Source: Candidatus Gygaella obscura
GTDB taxonomy: Bacteria > Omnitrophota > Gorgyraeia > Gygaellales > Gygaellaceae
DNA length: 64,000 nt
Assembly (NCBI GenBank): GCA_030765485.1
Contig: JAVCCR010000002.1
Coordinates: 12,288-76,287 of the forward strand
Direction of reading: 5' to 3'
Part shown: in pieces, positions 10,991-23,748 of the stretch
Position numbering within the stretch: the stretch's first letter is position 1
How the letters are laid out: each line of letters begins with the position of its first letter
Made by a program: the position numbers and the translations under genes
Notes under the pieces: model-generated
Database searches by the model: none
Told to the model about the DNA's origin: nothing
What the model saw: the letters and a program-made list of their open reading frames with translations, nothing else

Positions 10991-13411
10991 TTACGACATT
11001 TTAAAGGTAAGCTCGTTATTTTTATACCCCACCTTTATCTTAGTCCCTTCTTTTATATTGGATGATATTATCTCCTCAGCCAGAGGGTCTTCAAGAAATC
11101 TTTGTATTGTTCTTTTTAGTGGACGCGCACCAAAAGCAGGATCAAAACCTTTTTCAATCAGAAAATTCTTAGCTTCTTTTGTAAGCTCTACGTTTATACC
11201 CTGTTCTTTCAAACGATTTGAGACCTCTGCAAGCTCCAGATCAACTATTTTTGCTAGATCACTCTTACTTAAAGGGCGAAAAACTATAGTATCATCAATT
11301 CTATTTAAGAATTCCGGCTTAAACGTCTTTTTTACCACATCCAGAAGACGCTCCTTCATGTCCTGATATGTAACTTCACTATCTTGGGATTTAAATCCAA
11401 GAGAACCTTTTTGTCTAATGATTTCAGCACCCACATTAGAAGTCATAATCACTAATGTGTTACGAAAATCCACCTTACGGGCAAAACTATCAGTAAGCCG
11501 ACCGTCCTCAAAAACCTGCAAAAGCAGATTAAATACATCCGGATGCGCCTTCTCAATTTCATCCAAAAGTATTACTGAATAAGGACGCCTTCTTACCTTT
11601 TCTGTAAGTTGTCCTCCTTCTTCATAACCCACATAGCCTGGAGGTGCGCCTACAAGACGAGAAACATTAAATTTTTCCATATATTCAGACATATCAATTT
11701 GAATCAATGCATTTTCATCTCCGAACATAAATTCAGCCAAAGCCCTGGCAAGAAGGGTTTTTCCTACTCCCGTAGGCCCTAAGAAAATAAACGACCCAAT
11801 CGGACGCCTGGGATCCTTTATTCCTGCGCGCGAACGCCTTACTGCTCGCGCAATTGCTTTTATCGCCTCATCCTGACCAACAACTCTTTTATGAATTGTA
11901 TCCTCAATCTTCATTAGTTTATCCGTATCCTTTTGTTCTAAACGGAATATCGGAATACCTGTCCATTGAGAAACTATATCGGCAATTTCTTTTTCTGTAA
12001 CCTTAGGCCTAATCTTTTCCTTCTGAACCTGCCAAGCTTTATTTGCCTTCTCCAATTCATCTCTTGCCTGACGCTCCTGATCACGCAAACTGGCTGCCTT
12101 TTCGAAATCCTGATCCTTAATAAAAACTTCCTTTTGCTTCTTAAAATCACTTAACTTTTCTTCCAAAGTTTTTAACTCAGTTGGTATTGTTAAAACACTT
12201 AATCTTGCACGCGAACCAGCCTCATCAATTAAATCAATTGCCTTATCAGGTAAAAATCTACCTGTAATATAACGCTCTGATAATTTTGATGCAGCTTCTA
12301 ATGCATCATCGGTAAAATCAACCTTATGATGCGACTCATATCTTTCTCTCAATCCTTTAAGAATCTCTACAGCCTGAGGAACTGTTGGCGGTTCAACCAA
12401 TATGGTTTGGAATCTACGTTCAAGCGCAGCATCTTTTTCAATATGTTTTCTATACTCATCTAATGTAGTTGCACCAATACACTGGATCTCTCCACGAGAA
12501 AGAGCAGGCTTTAAAATATTAGAAGCATCAATCGCGCCTTCTGCAGCTCCGGCACCTATTAATGTATGAAGCTCATCTATAAAAATAATCACATCCTGAG
12601 AACGCTTTATCTCTTCTATTACTGCCTTAATTCGCTCCTCAAACTGCCCACGATATTTTGTTCCGGCGATCATCAAAGCCAAATCAAGCACAATTATTCT
12701 TTTATTACGTAGGGTCTCTGGAATATTATCAGCAATAATTGCCTGGGCCAAGCCCTCAACGATTGCGGTTTTTCCAACACCAGCTTCTCCTAAAAGCACA
12801 GGATTATTCTTAGTCCTTCTAGATAAAACCTGTATTACGCGTTCAATTTCTTTTCTACGGTCTATAACCGGATCAAGTTTTCCTTCTTTTGAAAGAACAG
12901 TCAAGTCTCTTCCAAAAGCATCTAATGCCGGAGTTTTACCTTTAGCCTGCTGCTGCTGACCAAAACCTGGGATGCTGGAACCTAAAAGATGCATAACTTC
13001 GTTTCTTACACGGTCTAAATCAAGATTAGAATTCAAAAGAACCTGCGAAGCAATTCCTTCTCCCTCTCTTATAAGCCCCAACAAAAGATGTTCTGTACCA
13101 ATATAATTATGCCCTAAAGCGCGAGCCTCTTCTGCTGCAAGCTCTAAAGCCTTTTTTGCCCTAGGTGTAAAAGGAATATCACCTAATATCTGTGTACTGG
13201 GACCTGGCTGAACAAGCTTTTCCACCTCAAGACGGATATTCTCAAGACTTAAACCCATTTTCTGTAGTACAGCCGCAGCAACCCCTTCGCCTTCTCTAAT
13301 AAGACCTAAAAGAACATGCTCTGTTCCAATATAATCATGATTAAATCTACGCGCCTCTTCTTTAGCTAATATAATTACTTTTCTTGCTCTTTCTGTAAAA
13401 CGGCTAAACAT
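10991..13411 (-). CDS. clpC: ATP-dependent Clp protease ATP-binding subunit ClpC
   Basis: Two Clp_N repeats, two AAA+ modules ([16 protein letters not shown]) and a UVR-like motif in the middle domain. Directly downstream of mcsA and mcsB. Confidence 0.9.
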   Translation of the reverse strand: MFSRFTERARKVIILAKEEARRFNHDYIGTEHVLLGLIREGEGVAAAVLQKMGLSLENIRLEVEKLVQPGPSTQILGDIPFTPRAKKALELAAEEARALGHNYIGTEHLLLGLIREGEGIASQVLLNSNLDLDRVRNEVMHLLGSSIPGFGQQQQAKGKTPALDAFGRDLTVLSKEGKLDPVIDRRKEIERVIQVLSRRTKNNPVLLGEAGVGKTAIVEGLAQAIIADNIPETLRNKRIIVLDLALMIAGTKYRGQFEERIKAVIEEIKRSQDVIIFIDELHTLIGAGAAEGAIDASNILKPALSRGEIQCIGATTLDEYRKHIEKDAALERRFQTILVEPPTVPQAVEILKGLRERYESHHKVDFTDDALEAASKLSERYITGRFLPDKAIDLIDEAGSRARLSVLTIPTELKTLEEKLSDFKKQKEVFIKDQDFEKAASLRDQERQARDELEKANKAWQVQKEKIRPKVTEKEIADIVSQWTGIPIFRLEQKDTDKLMKIEDTIHKRVVGQDEAIKAIARAVRRSRAGIKDPRRPIGSFIFLGPTGVGKTLLARALAEFMFGDENALIQIDMSEYMEKFNVSRLVGAPPGYVGYEEGGQLTEKVRRRPYSVILLDEIEKAHPDVFNLLLQVFEDGRLTDSFARKVDFRNTLVIMTSNVGAEIIRQKGSLGFKSQDSEVTYQDMKERLLDVVKKTFKPEFLNRIDDTIVFRPLSKSDLAKIVDLELAEVSNRLKEQGINVELTKEAKNFLIEKGFDPAFGARPLKRTIQRFLEDPLAEEIISSNIKEGTKIKVGYKNNELTFKMS

Positions 13412-13423
13412 ATAACAGCTCCT

Positions 13424-14476
13424 TTAATTATTGGTTAATTTTTGTCTTACTAAATCTGCTCTTTTTTGATCTCTTTCAGCATGGGTAAGTTTTCTGTTTT
13501 CAATCTTCTGCAAATGTGCCGGCTGAGTAAGAATAAACAATTCATTAATTGTATTTCTATCGACATTTTTTATAATACCCAACTCAATCCCTAGTCTTGC
13601 AACTGACAAATGCTCAATTGTTTCCTGACTGGTAATTAAAAATGCATTTTTTAAAATCCCTAAACTTCTCCAAACCCTATCCTGAAGCATAAGATTATGC
13701 TGTTTGAGAATCGTCTGCCTGGCGATTTGTTCCTGTTCAATAACCTGCTGAATTACTCCATTTATATTATCAACTATTTCTTGCTCGTTTCTTCCTAAAG
13801 TATACTGATTTGAAATCTGGAAAAAATTACCATATGCTTTAGTGCCTTCGCCGTAAAGTCCTCTTGTGGTAATTCCAAGTTTATTGATTGTCTGAAGAAC
13901 TCTGTTTATCTGTTGCATCATTACAAGACCCGACAGATGCAACATTACAGAACCCCTCATGCCTGTACCTGTATTGGTCGGACAGGCTGTAAGATAACCC
14001 CACTCGTTTGTAAAAGCAAACTTGAATTTAGAAGAAAGCCCATTATCAATATTATCAATTATATCAAAAGCACCTTTTAAATTAAAACCTGATTGCATAA
14101 CCTGTATACGCATATGGTCTTCTTCATTAATCATTATTGAAAGAACCTCTTGAGGATCAACCAAAAGGGCCTTTGTATCAGATAATAATGCATGCTCATG
14201 ACTCATAAGATGGCGCTCTATCAAAAACTGTTTATCCAAATTATCAACTTCATTAAGCCTTATAAATGTAGAACTTTTTAAAAAGTGAACATCCTTATAC
14301 ACTTTAGCCACCTCATCAAGAAACTCTTGAGACTCTTTCTTATTCGCCCAATGAGGAAATGGTTTATTCTCAATATTACGCGCCAGTCTTACGCGGCTGG
14401 AAATTACTATATCAGAATTCGGTCCCGTACCTTTAAGCCATTCACTAGTATGATTTAATAAATCATTAACTTTCAT
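13424..14476 (-). CDS. mcsB: Protein arginine kinase McsB
   Basis: Guanido kinase signature CPTNTGTGMRGSVMLHL. 350 aa. Confidence 0.85.
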   Translation of the reverse strand: MKVNDLLNHTSEWLKGTGPNSDIVISSRVRLARNIENKPFPHWANKKESQEFLDEVAKVYKDVHFLKSSTFIRLNEVDNLDKQFLIERHLMSHEHALLSDTKALLVDPQEVLSIMINEEDHMRIQVMQSGFNLKGAFDIIDNIDNGLSSKFKFAFTNEWGYLTACPTNTGTGMRGSVMLHLSGLVMMQQINRVLQTINKLGITTRGLYGEGTKAYGNFFQISNQYTLGRNEQEIVDNINGVIQQVIEQEQIARQTILKQHNLMLQDRVWRSLGILKNAFLITSQETIEHLSVARLGIELGIIKNVDRNTINELFILTQPAHLQKIENRKLTHAERDQKRADLVRQKLTNN

Positions 14477-15015
14477 TTCTTTTCCTTATCCTTCAGCTTC
14501 TTTTCCAGATCTTTTATTTTATCCCTTATCGCTGCTGCCTGCTCGAATTCTTCCTTTGCAATTACAATCTGCAATCTACTTTTTAAATCATCTAAATTGT
14601 TATTTTCCGTTCTGCTAGCAGTATTCGCTTTGGTCTTTAACTGATTGTGTGCAGGAACCTTACCCAAATGATGACTAGCGCCATGAATACTTTTTAACAA
14701 AGGCTCCAAATATCTTCTAAAGGTAGTATAACACTGGCTGCAACCGAGTCGACCAACTTTTTTAAATTCCCTATAGGTAAGTTTACAATTCGGACATTTC
14801 TGCTTCAGGTCTTCTTTTTCCTCCGCTGCCTTACCGAAATCAACCAGGCCTGCTAAAAGATCTGATAAGCCAAACTGCTGTTCCATCTGCATGCTCTTTT
14901 GCTTAGCACAATGTTCACACAGATGAAGTTCAGTTATCTGACCATCAACTATCTCAGTAAGATGAACCGTTGCTTCTATTTTATGGCATATATCACAAAG
15001 CATACCTAACCCCAT
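14473..15015 (-). CDS. mcsA: McsA (zinc-finger/UVR activator of McsB)
   Basis: Paired CxxC zinc fingers (CDICHK...CEHC, CPNC...CSQC) and a C-terminal UVR motif EEFEQAAAIRDKIKDLE. Confidence 0.8.
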   Translation of the reverse strand: MGLGMLCDICHKIEATVHLTEIVDGQITELHLCEHCAKQKSMQMEQQFGLSDLLAGLVDFGKAAEEKEDLKQKCPNCKLTYREFKKVGRLGCSQCYTTFRRYLEPLLKSIHGASHHLGKVPAHNQLKTKANTASRTENNNLDDLKSRLQIVIAKEEFEQAAAIRDKIKDLEKKLKDKEKK

Positions 15016-15865
15016 CTGTTTTAGTAAGCTTTTTAAATTCTTTCATCAGCTCCAAAGTATGAACTCCGGGTTTACCATCATTGATAACCCTTCCGTCAAC
15101 TTTAACAACCGGGATAATCTCAGCAGCAGTACCAGTTAAAAACATCTCATCAGCATTATATATATCATAACGTGTAAGCACCTTTTCTTCAGAAGCCAAA
15201 GCACTCTTTATGGAAATACCCATTACGCAATCTCTAGTAATACCTTCTAAAACACCTATAAAAACCGGTGGGGTAAAAAGGTTACTGCCCTTAACAATAC
15301 AAATATTATCACCGCTACATTCAGAAACAAAACCATTCTGATTAAGCATTACTGCCTCTTCCGCTCCGGCATTTACCGCTTCTATCTTTGCCAAAATATT
15401 ATTAAGATAATTCAAAGATTTTATCTGAGGATTCAGCGCCTCAGGTATATTCCGCCTTGTGGACACAGTAACAATATCTAAACCCTTTTTATACATCTGA
15501 TCCGAATAAAGTGTAACTTTATCCGTAATTATAAAGAATGACGCTTCTTTGCATTTGCGGTAATCTAAACCCAAATCACCAACACCTCTTGTCACCACTA
15601 AACGAATATAGGCATCTTTAAGTTTGTTTGCCTTTAAGGTAGCTATTATATAGTCGCTTAGTTTTCTTTTAGAAATCGGCATCTCCAAATGAATCGCTTT
15701 GGCTGAAGCAAAAAGACGCTCAATATGATCTTTAAGTTTAAAAATCAAACAATTATATGCACGGATACCTTCAAAAACACCATCACCATACAATAACCCA
15801 TGATCAAAAATTGAAATCTTCGCACTATTAGAATCAACTAATTTTCCATTAAGACATACCTTCAT
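14993..15865 (-). CDS. ilvE: Class IV aminotransferase (branched-chain / D-amino acid aminotransferase family)
   Basis: YGDGVFEGIRAY and fold-type IV PLP enzyme features. 290 aa. Confidence 0.7.
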   Translation of the reverse strand: MKVCLNGKLVDSNSAKISIFDHGLLYGDGVFEGIRAYNCLIFKLKDHIERLFASAKAIHLEMPISKRKLSDYIIATLKANKLKDAYIRLVVTRGVGDLGLDYRKCKEASFFIITDKVTLYSDQMYKKGLDIVTVSTRRNIPEALNPQIKSLNYLNNILAKIEAVNAGAEEAVMLNQNGFVSECSGDNICIVKGSNLFTPPVFIGVLEGITRDCVMGISIKSALASEEKVLTRYDIYNADEMFLTGTAAEIIPVVKVDGRVINDGKPGVHTLELMKEFKKLTKTDGVRYAL

Positions 15866-15878
15866 TATAACCTCCTGT

Positions 15879-16589
15879 TTATTTTCTTGTGTCTACCAAC
15901 AAACCATCTTTTATAAAAACAGTTCTTGTAGCTATTTTCTTCATATTCTCATCATGCGAAACTAAAACAATAGTGGTCTTACTCTTATTATTCAGCTGCT
16001 TTAAAATATTACAGATATTAATTCCGTTTTCAGAATCCAGATTACCCGTTGGCTCATCGCAAAGCAACACCTCCGGCTCATTCATCAAAGCCCTTGCAAT
16101 TGCAACACGCTGCATTTCACCCCCAGAAAGCTCTGTAGGCATATGGTCCATACGTCTATCTAAACCTACTAATTTAAGCAACTGTTTTGAACGCTGATAG
16201 ATCTTATCCCTAGAACCCTGCTTTTGTTTCTTGCTTAAAAATGCAGGTAAGGCAACATTCTCTAAAATATTAAATTCACTCAAAAGATGATAAAACTGAA
16301 AAACAAAACCAATTTTCTCGTTTCGGACTAAAGATAGTTCATCTTCATTAAGGCCGGATAAATCTCTGCCTTGGATTTGCACATATCCTTTACTCGGCTT
16401 ATCCAATCCTCCTAAAATATGCAAAAGCGTTGACTTGCCAGCACCTGAAGGACCAATAACGCATAAAATCTCATTCTGTTTAACTTCTAAACTTACGCCT
16501 CGTAATACTTGAAGTTTTTTTCCAGCATCAAAATAATTTTTGTGGATATCAATTGCTTTAATCATATTCTTATTCATAACGTAAAGCAT
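15879..16589 (-). CDS. lolD: Lipoprotein-release ABC transporter ATP-binding protein
   Basis: Walker A GPSGAGKST, signature LSGGEMQRV. Paired with a FtsX-family permease. Confidence 0.8.
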   Translation of the reverse strand: MLYVMNKNMIKAIDIHKNYFDAGKKLQVLRGVSLEVKQNEILCVIGPSGAGKSTLLHILGGLDKPSKGYVQIQGRDLSGLNEDELSLVRNEKIGFVFQFYHLLSEFNILENVALPAFLSKKQKQGSRDKIYQRSKQLLKLVGLDRRMDHMPTELSGGEMQRVAIARALMNEPEVLLCDEPTGNLDSENGINICNILKQLNNKSKTTIVLVSHDENMKKIATRTVFIKDGLLVDTRK

Positions 16590-17751
16590 CCACCGGATTT
16601 AAACGCGATGCCTTAAACGCCGGATAAAAACTGGAAATCAATACTATCAAAAAAGCAGATATAACTATTAACCCTATATCCGGCCATATCTTAATCGAAA
16701 CAGGAAGTCTATCAATATAATAAATTTCAGATGGAAGTTTAATAAACTGGAATTTTTTAAGCAACCAGCAAACAAAAAAACCTATACCTAAACCAGCGGT
16801 TATACCAAATCCCCCCACCAAAACTCCCTCAAAAGTAAAAAGCCTTCTTATGCCTCTATTGGTTACACCTAAGGCTTTTAATATACCGATATCTTTAGTT
16901 CTATCAACCACCATTACTATCAAAGCACTAATAATATTAAAACTTGCTACAAGTATAATCAAAGTAAGAATTATAAACATAGTGATCTTCTCAAGCTTTA
17001 AAGCAGCAAAAAAATTCTTATTAATATCCATCCATGTCCTGATCACATAATCTGACCCGATTGTTTGATAAATGGATTCTCTCACTCTTCGAGCAATAAA
17101 CAGGTCATCGGTCTTTACGGATATACCGCTTACCAGATTTTCCATATCAAAAATCTTCTGTGCCTGAGAAAGACTCACCAAAACAAGACTTAAATCATAA
17201 TCATACATACCGCTTGAAAAAATGCCTTTTACTTTTAATTCAAATGTTTTACGCAGTATCGGGCTTACAATCTTTATGGTATCGTTAAGGTCAATACCCA
17301 TATAAAGGGCTAATTCCCTTCCAATGATTATTTCATTATCCGACAATTCAAAAGAACCCTGTTCGATATAACGACTGAGGCTGGAAACCTGTTTTTCTTT
17401 TTCCGGATCAACGCCTTTTAAATTCAAAGCAAAGGCATTCTTATCTTTTAAAAAAACTACCTGTCCGCTGATAAATGCGCTTGCTGAATCTATCTGCTTA
17501 ATGGTCTCAATTTCAGCTACAAGATTGTCATAATCGATTATCCCTCCAGGTGACTCCACAATAATATGGGCATTGCTACCGACAATCTTATCTTTTAAAT
17601 CTTTATCAAAACCATTCATCACGCTTATTACGATAATTAACGCTGCAACACCAATAGCAATACCTAAAATTGAAATAACCGTAATAAGATTAATAAAAGC
17701 GCCTTTTCTCTTTGAAAAAAGATAGCGCCAACTGATTTTAAACAAATACAT
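16570..17751 (-). CDS. lolC: Lipoprotein-release permease (LolC/LolE, FtsX family)
   Basis: 393 aa with a MacB-like periplasmic domain and C-terminal FtsX TM bundle. Confidence 0.75.
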   Translation of the reverse strand: MYLFKISWRYLFSKRKGAFINLITVISILGIAIGVAALIIVISVMNGFDKDLKDKIVGSNAHIIVESPGGIIDYDNLVAEIETIKQIDSASAFISGQVVFLKDKNAFALNLKGVDPEKEKQVSSLSRYIEQGSFELSDNEIIIGRELALYMGIDLNDTIKIVSPILRKTFELKVKGIFSSGMYDYDLSLVLVSLSQAQKIFDMENLVSGISVKTDDLFIARRVRESIYQTIGSDYVIRTWMDINKNFFAALKLEKITMFIILTLIILVASFNIISALIVMVVDRTKDIGILKALGVTNRGIRRLFTFEGVLVGGFGITAGLGIGFFVCWLLKKFQFIKLPSEIYYIDRLPVSIKIWPDIGLIVISAFLIVLISSFYPAFKASRLNPVDALRYE

Positions 17752-17752
17752 A

Positions 17753-19198
17753 TTATTTATTTTCTGGTCTCAACAAAGGAAATAATATTACTTCCCGTAT
17801 TGATGCCTGATCTGTTAAAAGCATAACAAGCCTATCTATTCCAATACCTAAACCTCCAGCAGGCGGCATGGCGTATTCAAGAGCGCGTATAAAATCATCA
17901 TCCAAAGATTTTTCCTTTGCCTGATCCTTATCAAGATCTTTTAACTCCTGCAAGAAACGTTCTTTTTGCTCTATAGGATCATTTAACTCAGAATAGGCAT
18001 TGGCCACTTCCATACCAGAAATAAAAAGTTCGAATCTTTCTGATAGATACGGATTGTCTGGTTTTGTCTTTGCCAAAGGACATAACACGCTGAATAAATC
18101 GGTTATGAACACTGGATGATCCTCTCGGGGAACAAGCAAATCAGCGATTAAATTCGCTACAAAACTTTTCGTAACATTTTTTGACCCAACCTTTACACCC
18201 TTGGCTTTAAGCTTATCCACCCAGGTACTTAAATCATCGCTAGCCTGGATACCATAGGTATCTTCCATCACTTGCGCAAAAGAAATTCTTTCCCATTTAC
18301 TAAAATCTATCTGTTTATCTTGATAGGTAATTTTTTTATCTCCATGAATACTTTCTACTAATCCCGTTATCAAGTTTTCGGTAAGCGTCATTACATCTTC
18401 TACGTCTGCAAAAGCAGTATAAACTTCCAACATGGTAAATTCCGGGTTATGTCTTGTAGAAACTCCTTCGTTACGAAAACTCCTGTTGATTTCATAAATC
18501 TTTTCAAACCCAGCCACAAGAAGTTTTTTTAAATATAACTCCGGTGCAATTCTTAAGTATAAATCCAGGTCATATTCATTATGATGGGTTTTAAACGGTC
18601 TTCCTGCAGCGCCTCCTGGAACAACATGCATCATCGGCGTTTCAACTTCCAGATAACCCTTGTTATCCAAAAACTTTCTTATTAAACCGATAATTTTAGT
18701 GCGTTTCAGGAAAATATCTTTTACTGCATCATTACTGATTATGTCAACATATCGCTCGCGGAATCTGGTTTCTACATCGCGCAGACCATGCCACTTCTCC
18801 GGTAAAGGCCTTAGACTCTTTGAAAGTATAAAAAGCTCTGCTACTTCAATAGTCTGTTCTCCAGTATGCGTAACAAATAACTTTCCCTTTATCCCAACAA
18901 TATCTCCGATGTCGCAGCTTGAGGCAATTTTAAAGTTTTCTTCACCTAAAATATCTTTTTTTAAATAAATCTGAATTTTTCCTGATTGATCTTTGATGTT
19001 GGCAAAACCTGCTTTACCATGCAAGCGCTTAGAAACTATTCTTCCAGCAGTAGAAACTTTTCTATCTTCTTTAAAATCTTCCCTTAAACTATTTACACTA
19101 TCTAACTTGGCAAACTTTATCCTAAAAGGATCAAGGCCGCTTTGCTTTAAATTTTTAAGCTTTTCCTGTCTTTGAATAATAATCTGATCTAGTTCCAT
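17753..19198 (-). CDS. lysS: Lysyl-tRNA synthetase (class II)
   Basis: OB-fold N-terminus and class II motifs (FRNEGVSTRHNPEFTMLE, GGLGIGIDRL). Confidence 0.92.
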   Translation of the reverse strand: MELDQIIIQRQEKLKNLKQSGLDPFRIKFAKLDSVNSLREDFKEDRKVSTAGRIVSKRLHGKAGFANIKDQSGKIQIYLKKDILGEENFKIASSCDIGDIVGIKGKLFVTHTGEQTIEVAELFILSKSLRPLPEKWHGLRDVETRFRERYVDIISNDAVKDIFLKRTKIIGLIRKFLDNKGYLEVETPMMHVVPGGAAGRPFKTHHNEYDLDLYLRIAPELYLKKLLVAGFEKIYEINRSFRNEGVSTRHNPEFTMLEVYTAFADVEDVMTLTENLITGLVESIHGDKKITYQDKQIDFSKWERISFAQVMEDTYGIQASDDLSTWVDKLKAKGVKVGSKNVTKSFVANLIADLLVPREDHPVFITDLFSVLCPLAKTKPDNPYLSERFELFISGMEVANAYSELNDPIEQKERFLQELKDLDKDQAKEKSLDDDFIRALEYAMPPAGGLGIGIDRLVMLLTDQASIREVILFPLLRPENK

Positions 19199-19295
19199 AT
19201 ATTTAAGCTTTCTTGATAGATAAGTAGGTTTAATTAAATAACTTAACTAAAATATTATATAGCATTGTCTATTTACTGTCAATTATAAAAGATAC

Positions 19296-19332
19296 AAAAA
19301 AAAGGCATTTTCATCACGAAAATGCCATTTTT
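19296..19332. terminator. Bidirectional rho-independent terminator between hppA and lysS
   Basis: An A8 run, stem GGCATTTTC / GAAAATGCC with a 5-nt loop, then a T5 run. Reads as hairpin plus U-tract on either strand. Confidence 0.7.
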
Positions 19333-19351
19333 GTAACCTATTATATTGCTA

Positions 19352-21454
19352 TTACTTAAAAAATGTATTGCTTATGACAAATGATGCAAAAACTATAGAA
19401 ACCATAGACATAAGCTTAATTAGGATATTAAGACTGGGACCAGACGTATCCTTAAATGGATCTCCTACAGTATCTCCTACTACACTTGCCTTATGCGCCA
19501 TAGAACCCTTACCTTCGTAATTACCTTCTTCAATATATTTTTTTGCATTATCCCACGCACCACCGGAATTAGCCATCATAACTGCTAGAACAAATCCACA
19601 AACTAAAGAGCCAATCAATAACCCTGCCTGAGCTTCTATTCCTATAAATATACCCACTAAAATCGGAGCAGTAATCGCCAGTAAAGACGGGGCAATCATT
19701 TCTTTTTGAGCAGCGCTAGTTGCAATAATCACGCATCTTGCATAATCAGGCTTTGTCTTTCCTTCCATAAGACCGGTAATTTCGGCAAACTGACGCCTTA
19801 CCTCAACAACAATTTTACCAGCTGCTCTTCCTACAGCACGCATAGTCATCGAACAGAATAAAAACGGCAACATCCCTCCGATAAAAAGACCAACTAATAC
19901 ATTGGGATTCATCAAACTTAATTCCATATCTTTTCCGTATAAAACTATCTGTTCTTTATAAGCAGCAATCAATGCAAGAGCTGTTAAAGCAGCTGAGCCG
20001 ATAGCAAAACCTTTACCTGTTGCAGCTGTAGTATTACCCAATGAATCCAATGCATCTGTTCTTTTTCTTACCTCTTTTGGAAGCCCTGCCATTTCTGCAT
20101 TACCACCTGCATTATCCGCAACCGGACCATAGGCATCAGTGGCTAAAGTAATTCCCAAAGTTGAAAGCATACCTACAGCCGAAATCCCCACACCATAAAG
20201 CCCAGCATTAAAATTAGCTGCGCCACCAGATAAGAAGAAACTTACAAGAATTGTAGCGCCAACGACTAAAACCGGAATGGCTGTTGACATCATACCTACA
20301 GAAAGCCCAGAAATAATAACTGTTGCCGGACCAGTCAAAGCAGATTGAGCAATATTCTTCGTAGGAGAAAAACTGCTAGAAGTATAATATTCTGTCGAAA
20401 GGCCTATTATCACTCCTGCAACTAGCCCTGCAATAACGGAAAAATACACTCCAATATGTTCTATCCCCAAAATAGACTTAATCAAAAAGAATGATACAAC
20501 AGCAACTATAGCTGCACTTATAAAGACTCCTTTTCTCATGGCCTTAAGAAGCACTTTCTGCGTTGCCTCTTCACGACAACGGACAAAAAACGTACCGATA
20601 ATAGAAGCAACAACACCAACAGCTGCCATAACTAAAGGCACAGTAACTCCTTTTATACCAAGCCCAGCAGCAACACCTAAGGCTGCGGTTGCAACAATTG
20701 AACCAACATAGCTTTCATAAAGATCAGCACCCATACCAGCAACATCACCGACATTATCACCAACATTATCTGCAATAACTGCCGGGTTTCTCGGGTCGTC
20801 TTCAGGAATACCAGCTTCAACTTTACCAACAAGGTCAGCTCCAACATCAGCTGCCTTGGTAAAAATACCTCCTCCTACTCTAGCAAATAAAGCCTGTGAG
20901 CTTGCACCCATGCCAAAACAAAGCATAGTTGAAGTAATTGCAGTTATTTTATTTACACCAATAGGAATAGCATGAGAAGAATAATACCAATCAAGAAAAT
21001 AATACCAAATACTTAAATCCAGTAAACCTAAACCAACAACTGTAAGACCCATGACAGCACCGCTTGAAAAAGCTACACGTAAACCAGAATTAAGACTAAT
21101 CTGAGAAGCAGCTGTAGTCCTATTGGAAGCCTGGGTAGCTATGCTCATACCAATAAAACCAGCAAGACCAGAAAATAAACCACCAGTTAGAAATGCAAAC
21201 GGAACAAATATAACTAAATATCCTTTAAAAGAAAGCCATAAAAGAATAACGAAAACAACTGCAAAAAATATCAAAACTCCCGTATACTGCCTTTTAAGAT
21301 AAGCCCAAGAACCAACTCTTACTGCCTGGGCAATTTCCTTCATCTTGGCAGTTCCTTCATCTTTTTTTAAAATCGTAAGTGTAAGATAACCGGCAAAAAG
21401 AAGTGCCGCTATCGAACCTACGGGAGCTAAAAGTAACATATCAAAACTTGGCAT
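19352..21454 (-). CDS. hppA: Membrane-bound proton/sodium-translocating pyrophosphatase
   Basis: 700 aa polytopic protein with [12 protein letters not shown] motifs diagnostic of H+-PPase. AAACAGGAGAAAAT RBS upstream. Confidence 0.92.
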   Translation of the reverse strand: MPSFDMLLLAPVGSIAALLFAGYLTLTILKKDEGTAKMKEIAQAVRVGSWAYLKRQYTGVLIFFAVVFVILLWLSFKGYLVIFVPFAFLTGGLFSGLAGFIGMSIATQASNRTTAASQISLNSGLRVAFSSGAVMGLTVVGLGLLDLSIWYYFLDWYYSSHAIPIGVNKITAITSTMLCFGMGASSQALFARVGGGIFTKAADVGADLVGKVEAGIPEDDPRNPAVIADNVGDNVGDVAGMGADLYESYVGSIVATAALGVAAGLGIKGVTVPLVMAAVGVVASIIGTFFVRCREEATQKVLLKAMRKGVFISAAIVAVVSFFLIKSILGIEHIGVYFSVIAGLVAGVIIGLSTEYYTSSSFSPTKNIAQSALTGPATVIISGLSVGMMSTAIPVLVVGATILVSFFLSGGAANFNAGLYGVGISAVGMLSTLGITLATDAYGPVADNAGGNAEMAGLPKEVRKRTDALDSLGNTTAATGKGFAIGSAALTALALIAAYKEQIVLYGKDMELSLMNPNVLVGLFIGGMLPFLFCSMTMRAVGRAAGKIVVEVRRQFAEITGLMEGKTKPDYARCVIIATSAAQKEMIAPSLLAITAPILVGIFIGIEAQAGLLIGSLVCGFVLAVMMANSGGAWDNAKKYIEEGNYEGKGSMAHKASVVGDTVGDPFKDTSGPSLNILIKLMSMVSIVFASFVISNTFFK

Positions 21455-21536
21455 ATTTTCTCCTGTTTATTTATAACAATTTAAATAAAGTATCAAAATA
21501 CCACATCGAAAAATTTTAGTAAACTTTTTTCAGTTT

Positions 21537-22811
<1,275 letters not shown>

Positions 22812-22824
22812 TTAATAGTTTAAA

Positions 22825-23748
22825 TTATTTTGATAATAAATGCTCTAATCCGTCTGCTGTTGTTTGAGGCAGCACATGAAACAATTCCCTATTTTCCAAT
22901 AGAACCGTAGCTTGAGAAAACACATTAAGTTCCATAACTAAATTTAAATTTTCTCCTAATAAAGATTTTAACTCTTCACCCATGGCGCATTGTTTTATCG
23001 TTTTATAATCAACGTCTTTTATGCACTCATCCCACCAAGAGCTTTTAATATTGTTCACCCGGCAAGATAAATAATCAAGATACTCATCAGGATAATATTT
23101 TTCTATACATACTGCTTTATTTATTTCCTCCAACTCTTTTTTTCCTGAGCGGGCAATAAACTCATTACCTCGCTTTATTGCCAAAAAATGAACCTGCGGA
23201 TTTAATTCTTTTAAATTACTAATGATCTGCGGACTGTCTTCTTCAAAAAGACTAATAAAAAGATCAATTTTACCCTTTTTTAATTGTCTATCCAATAGAA
23301 ATGTCATCCCGGAAAACTGCGGCTTAAAAACAAAACCAAAATCTTTTTCGACTATAAAACTACTAATCTTTTCTAAGTCTTCTTTTACTGCCAATTCTTT
23401 AGCAATAAAATAAATCGGTAGACTTTTTATTCCGCTTTGTTTAACTATTTCTTCTGCTTCAGACAAATCAACTGTTGTTAGGTTAACCTTTGAAAAATAC
23501 TTTTTAAGACGTTTTAAAAAAGAATTCGTATCGCATGTCTTACAGTCACCGCTTAAGATAACTGAAAGCTCAAGTTCCGGTAATTTGGAATCATTTTTTT
23601 TGTAGCTTGAATACCCCCCCTTTACCTGTTTTTCATAATAAGCTTTACTCTTGTTTTCTTTTTTAGAATCCTCTGCTGCAAAAACAAAAGATAAATTAAC
23701 GCTTAAACAAACAAAGAAAATAAATAAATAAAATCTTCTTTTTTCCAT
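22825..23748 (-). CDS. Secreted hypothetical protein with a CxxC motif (possible thioredoxin-fold/DsbA-like partner of the adjacent CcdA-like protein)
   Basis: Signal peptide MEKRRFYLFIFFVCLSVNLSFVFA|AED, then GDCKTCDT and more Cys pairs near the C-terminus. No confident family assignment. Confidence 0.45.
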   Translation of the reverse strand: MEKRRFYLFIFFVCLSVNLSFVFAAEDSKKENKSKAYYEKQVKGGYSSYKKNDSKLPELELSVILSGDCKTCDTNSFLKRLKKYFSKVNLTTVDLSEAEEIVKQSGIKSLPIYFIAKELAVKEDLEKISSFIVEKDFGFVFKPQFSGMTFLLDRQLKKGKIDLFISLFEEDSPQIISNLKELNPQVHFLAIKRGNEFIARSGKKELEEINKAVCIEKYYPDEYLDYLSCRVNNIKSSWWDECIKDVDYKTIKQCAMGEELKSLLGENLNLVMELNVFSQATVLLENRELFHVLPQTTADGLEHLLSK

